Assembly (NCBI RefSeq): GCF_006345805.1
Contig: NC_043021.1
Location: 13,826,001 to 13,890,000 of the forward strand
From: Octopus sinensis
Taxonomy: Eukaryota
Length of the DNA stretch: 64,000 nt
Reading direction: 5' to 3'
Positions 63,964 to 64,000 of the stretch are shown here, in pieces (within the stretch, counting starts at the first letter, position 1; the number at the start of each line of letters is the position of its first letter). Under the pieces are notes generated by a model. That model did not search any database. It was not told where the DNA came from and was given only the letters and a program-made list of their open reading frames with translations. Made by a program: the position numbers and the translations under genes.

Positions 63964-64000
<37 letters not shown>

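Noticed and set aside
1-64000. A novel multi-gene biological system
   Set aside because: Only two small host exons are supportable. Everything else is intronic repeat or unique non-coding DNA, so the leads are regulatory or transposon-biology hypotheses.

Overview
This is eukaryotic, repeat-dense DNA, almost certainly from a coleoid cephalopod and probably Octopus. That is inferred from the syntaxin peptide and the SINE/microsatellite landscape; no database was searched. The only host coding sequence I can support is two small plus-strand exons of a syntaxin-1 gene (Habc region): 45518-45592 (75 nt) and 53613-53686 (74 nt). They are joined by an 8020-nt phase-1 GT-AG intron and splice to [50 protein letters not shown]. 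I could not find the neighbouring exons, so the rest of the window appears to be very large introns. These are filled with several tRNA-headed SINE families (my labels A, B, C, G), 3' fragments of non-LTR retrotransposons (two R4/Dong-like RLE, two RTE, one CR1-like, one possible Penelope-like), Tc1/mariner-, piggyBac- and hAT-like MITEs, minisatellites, and large (TA)n, (CA)n and triplet tracts. Nearly all ORFs in the supplied track are microsatellite artefacts. I found no multi-gene novel system. The best leads are: a candidate poison or alternative terminal exon of syntaxin (54442-54483); long fold-back structures near the exons that could be ADAR substrates; a SINE with two alternative 3' tails that track two insertion modes (12-17 bp TSDs versus (ATT)n arrays); an RLE retrotransposon remnant inside a (TAA)n tract; and a near-identical 1.23-kb tandem duplication. 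Repeat boundaries were placed by eye and are approximate unless TSDs or TIRs are quoted.
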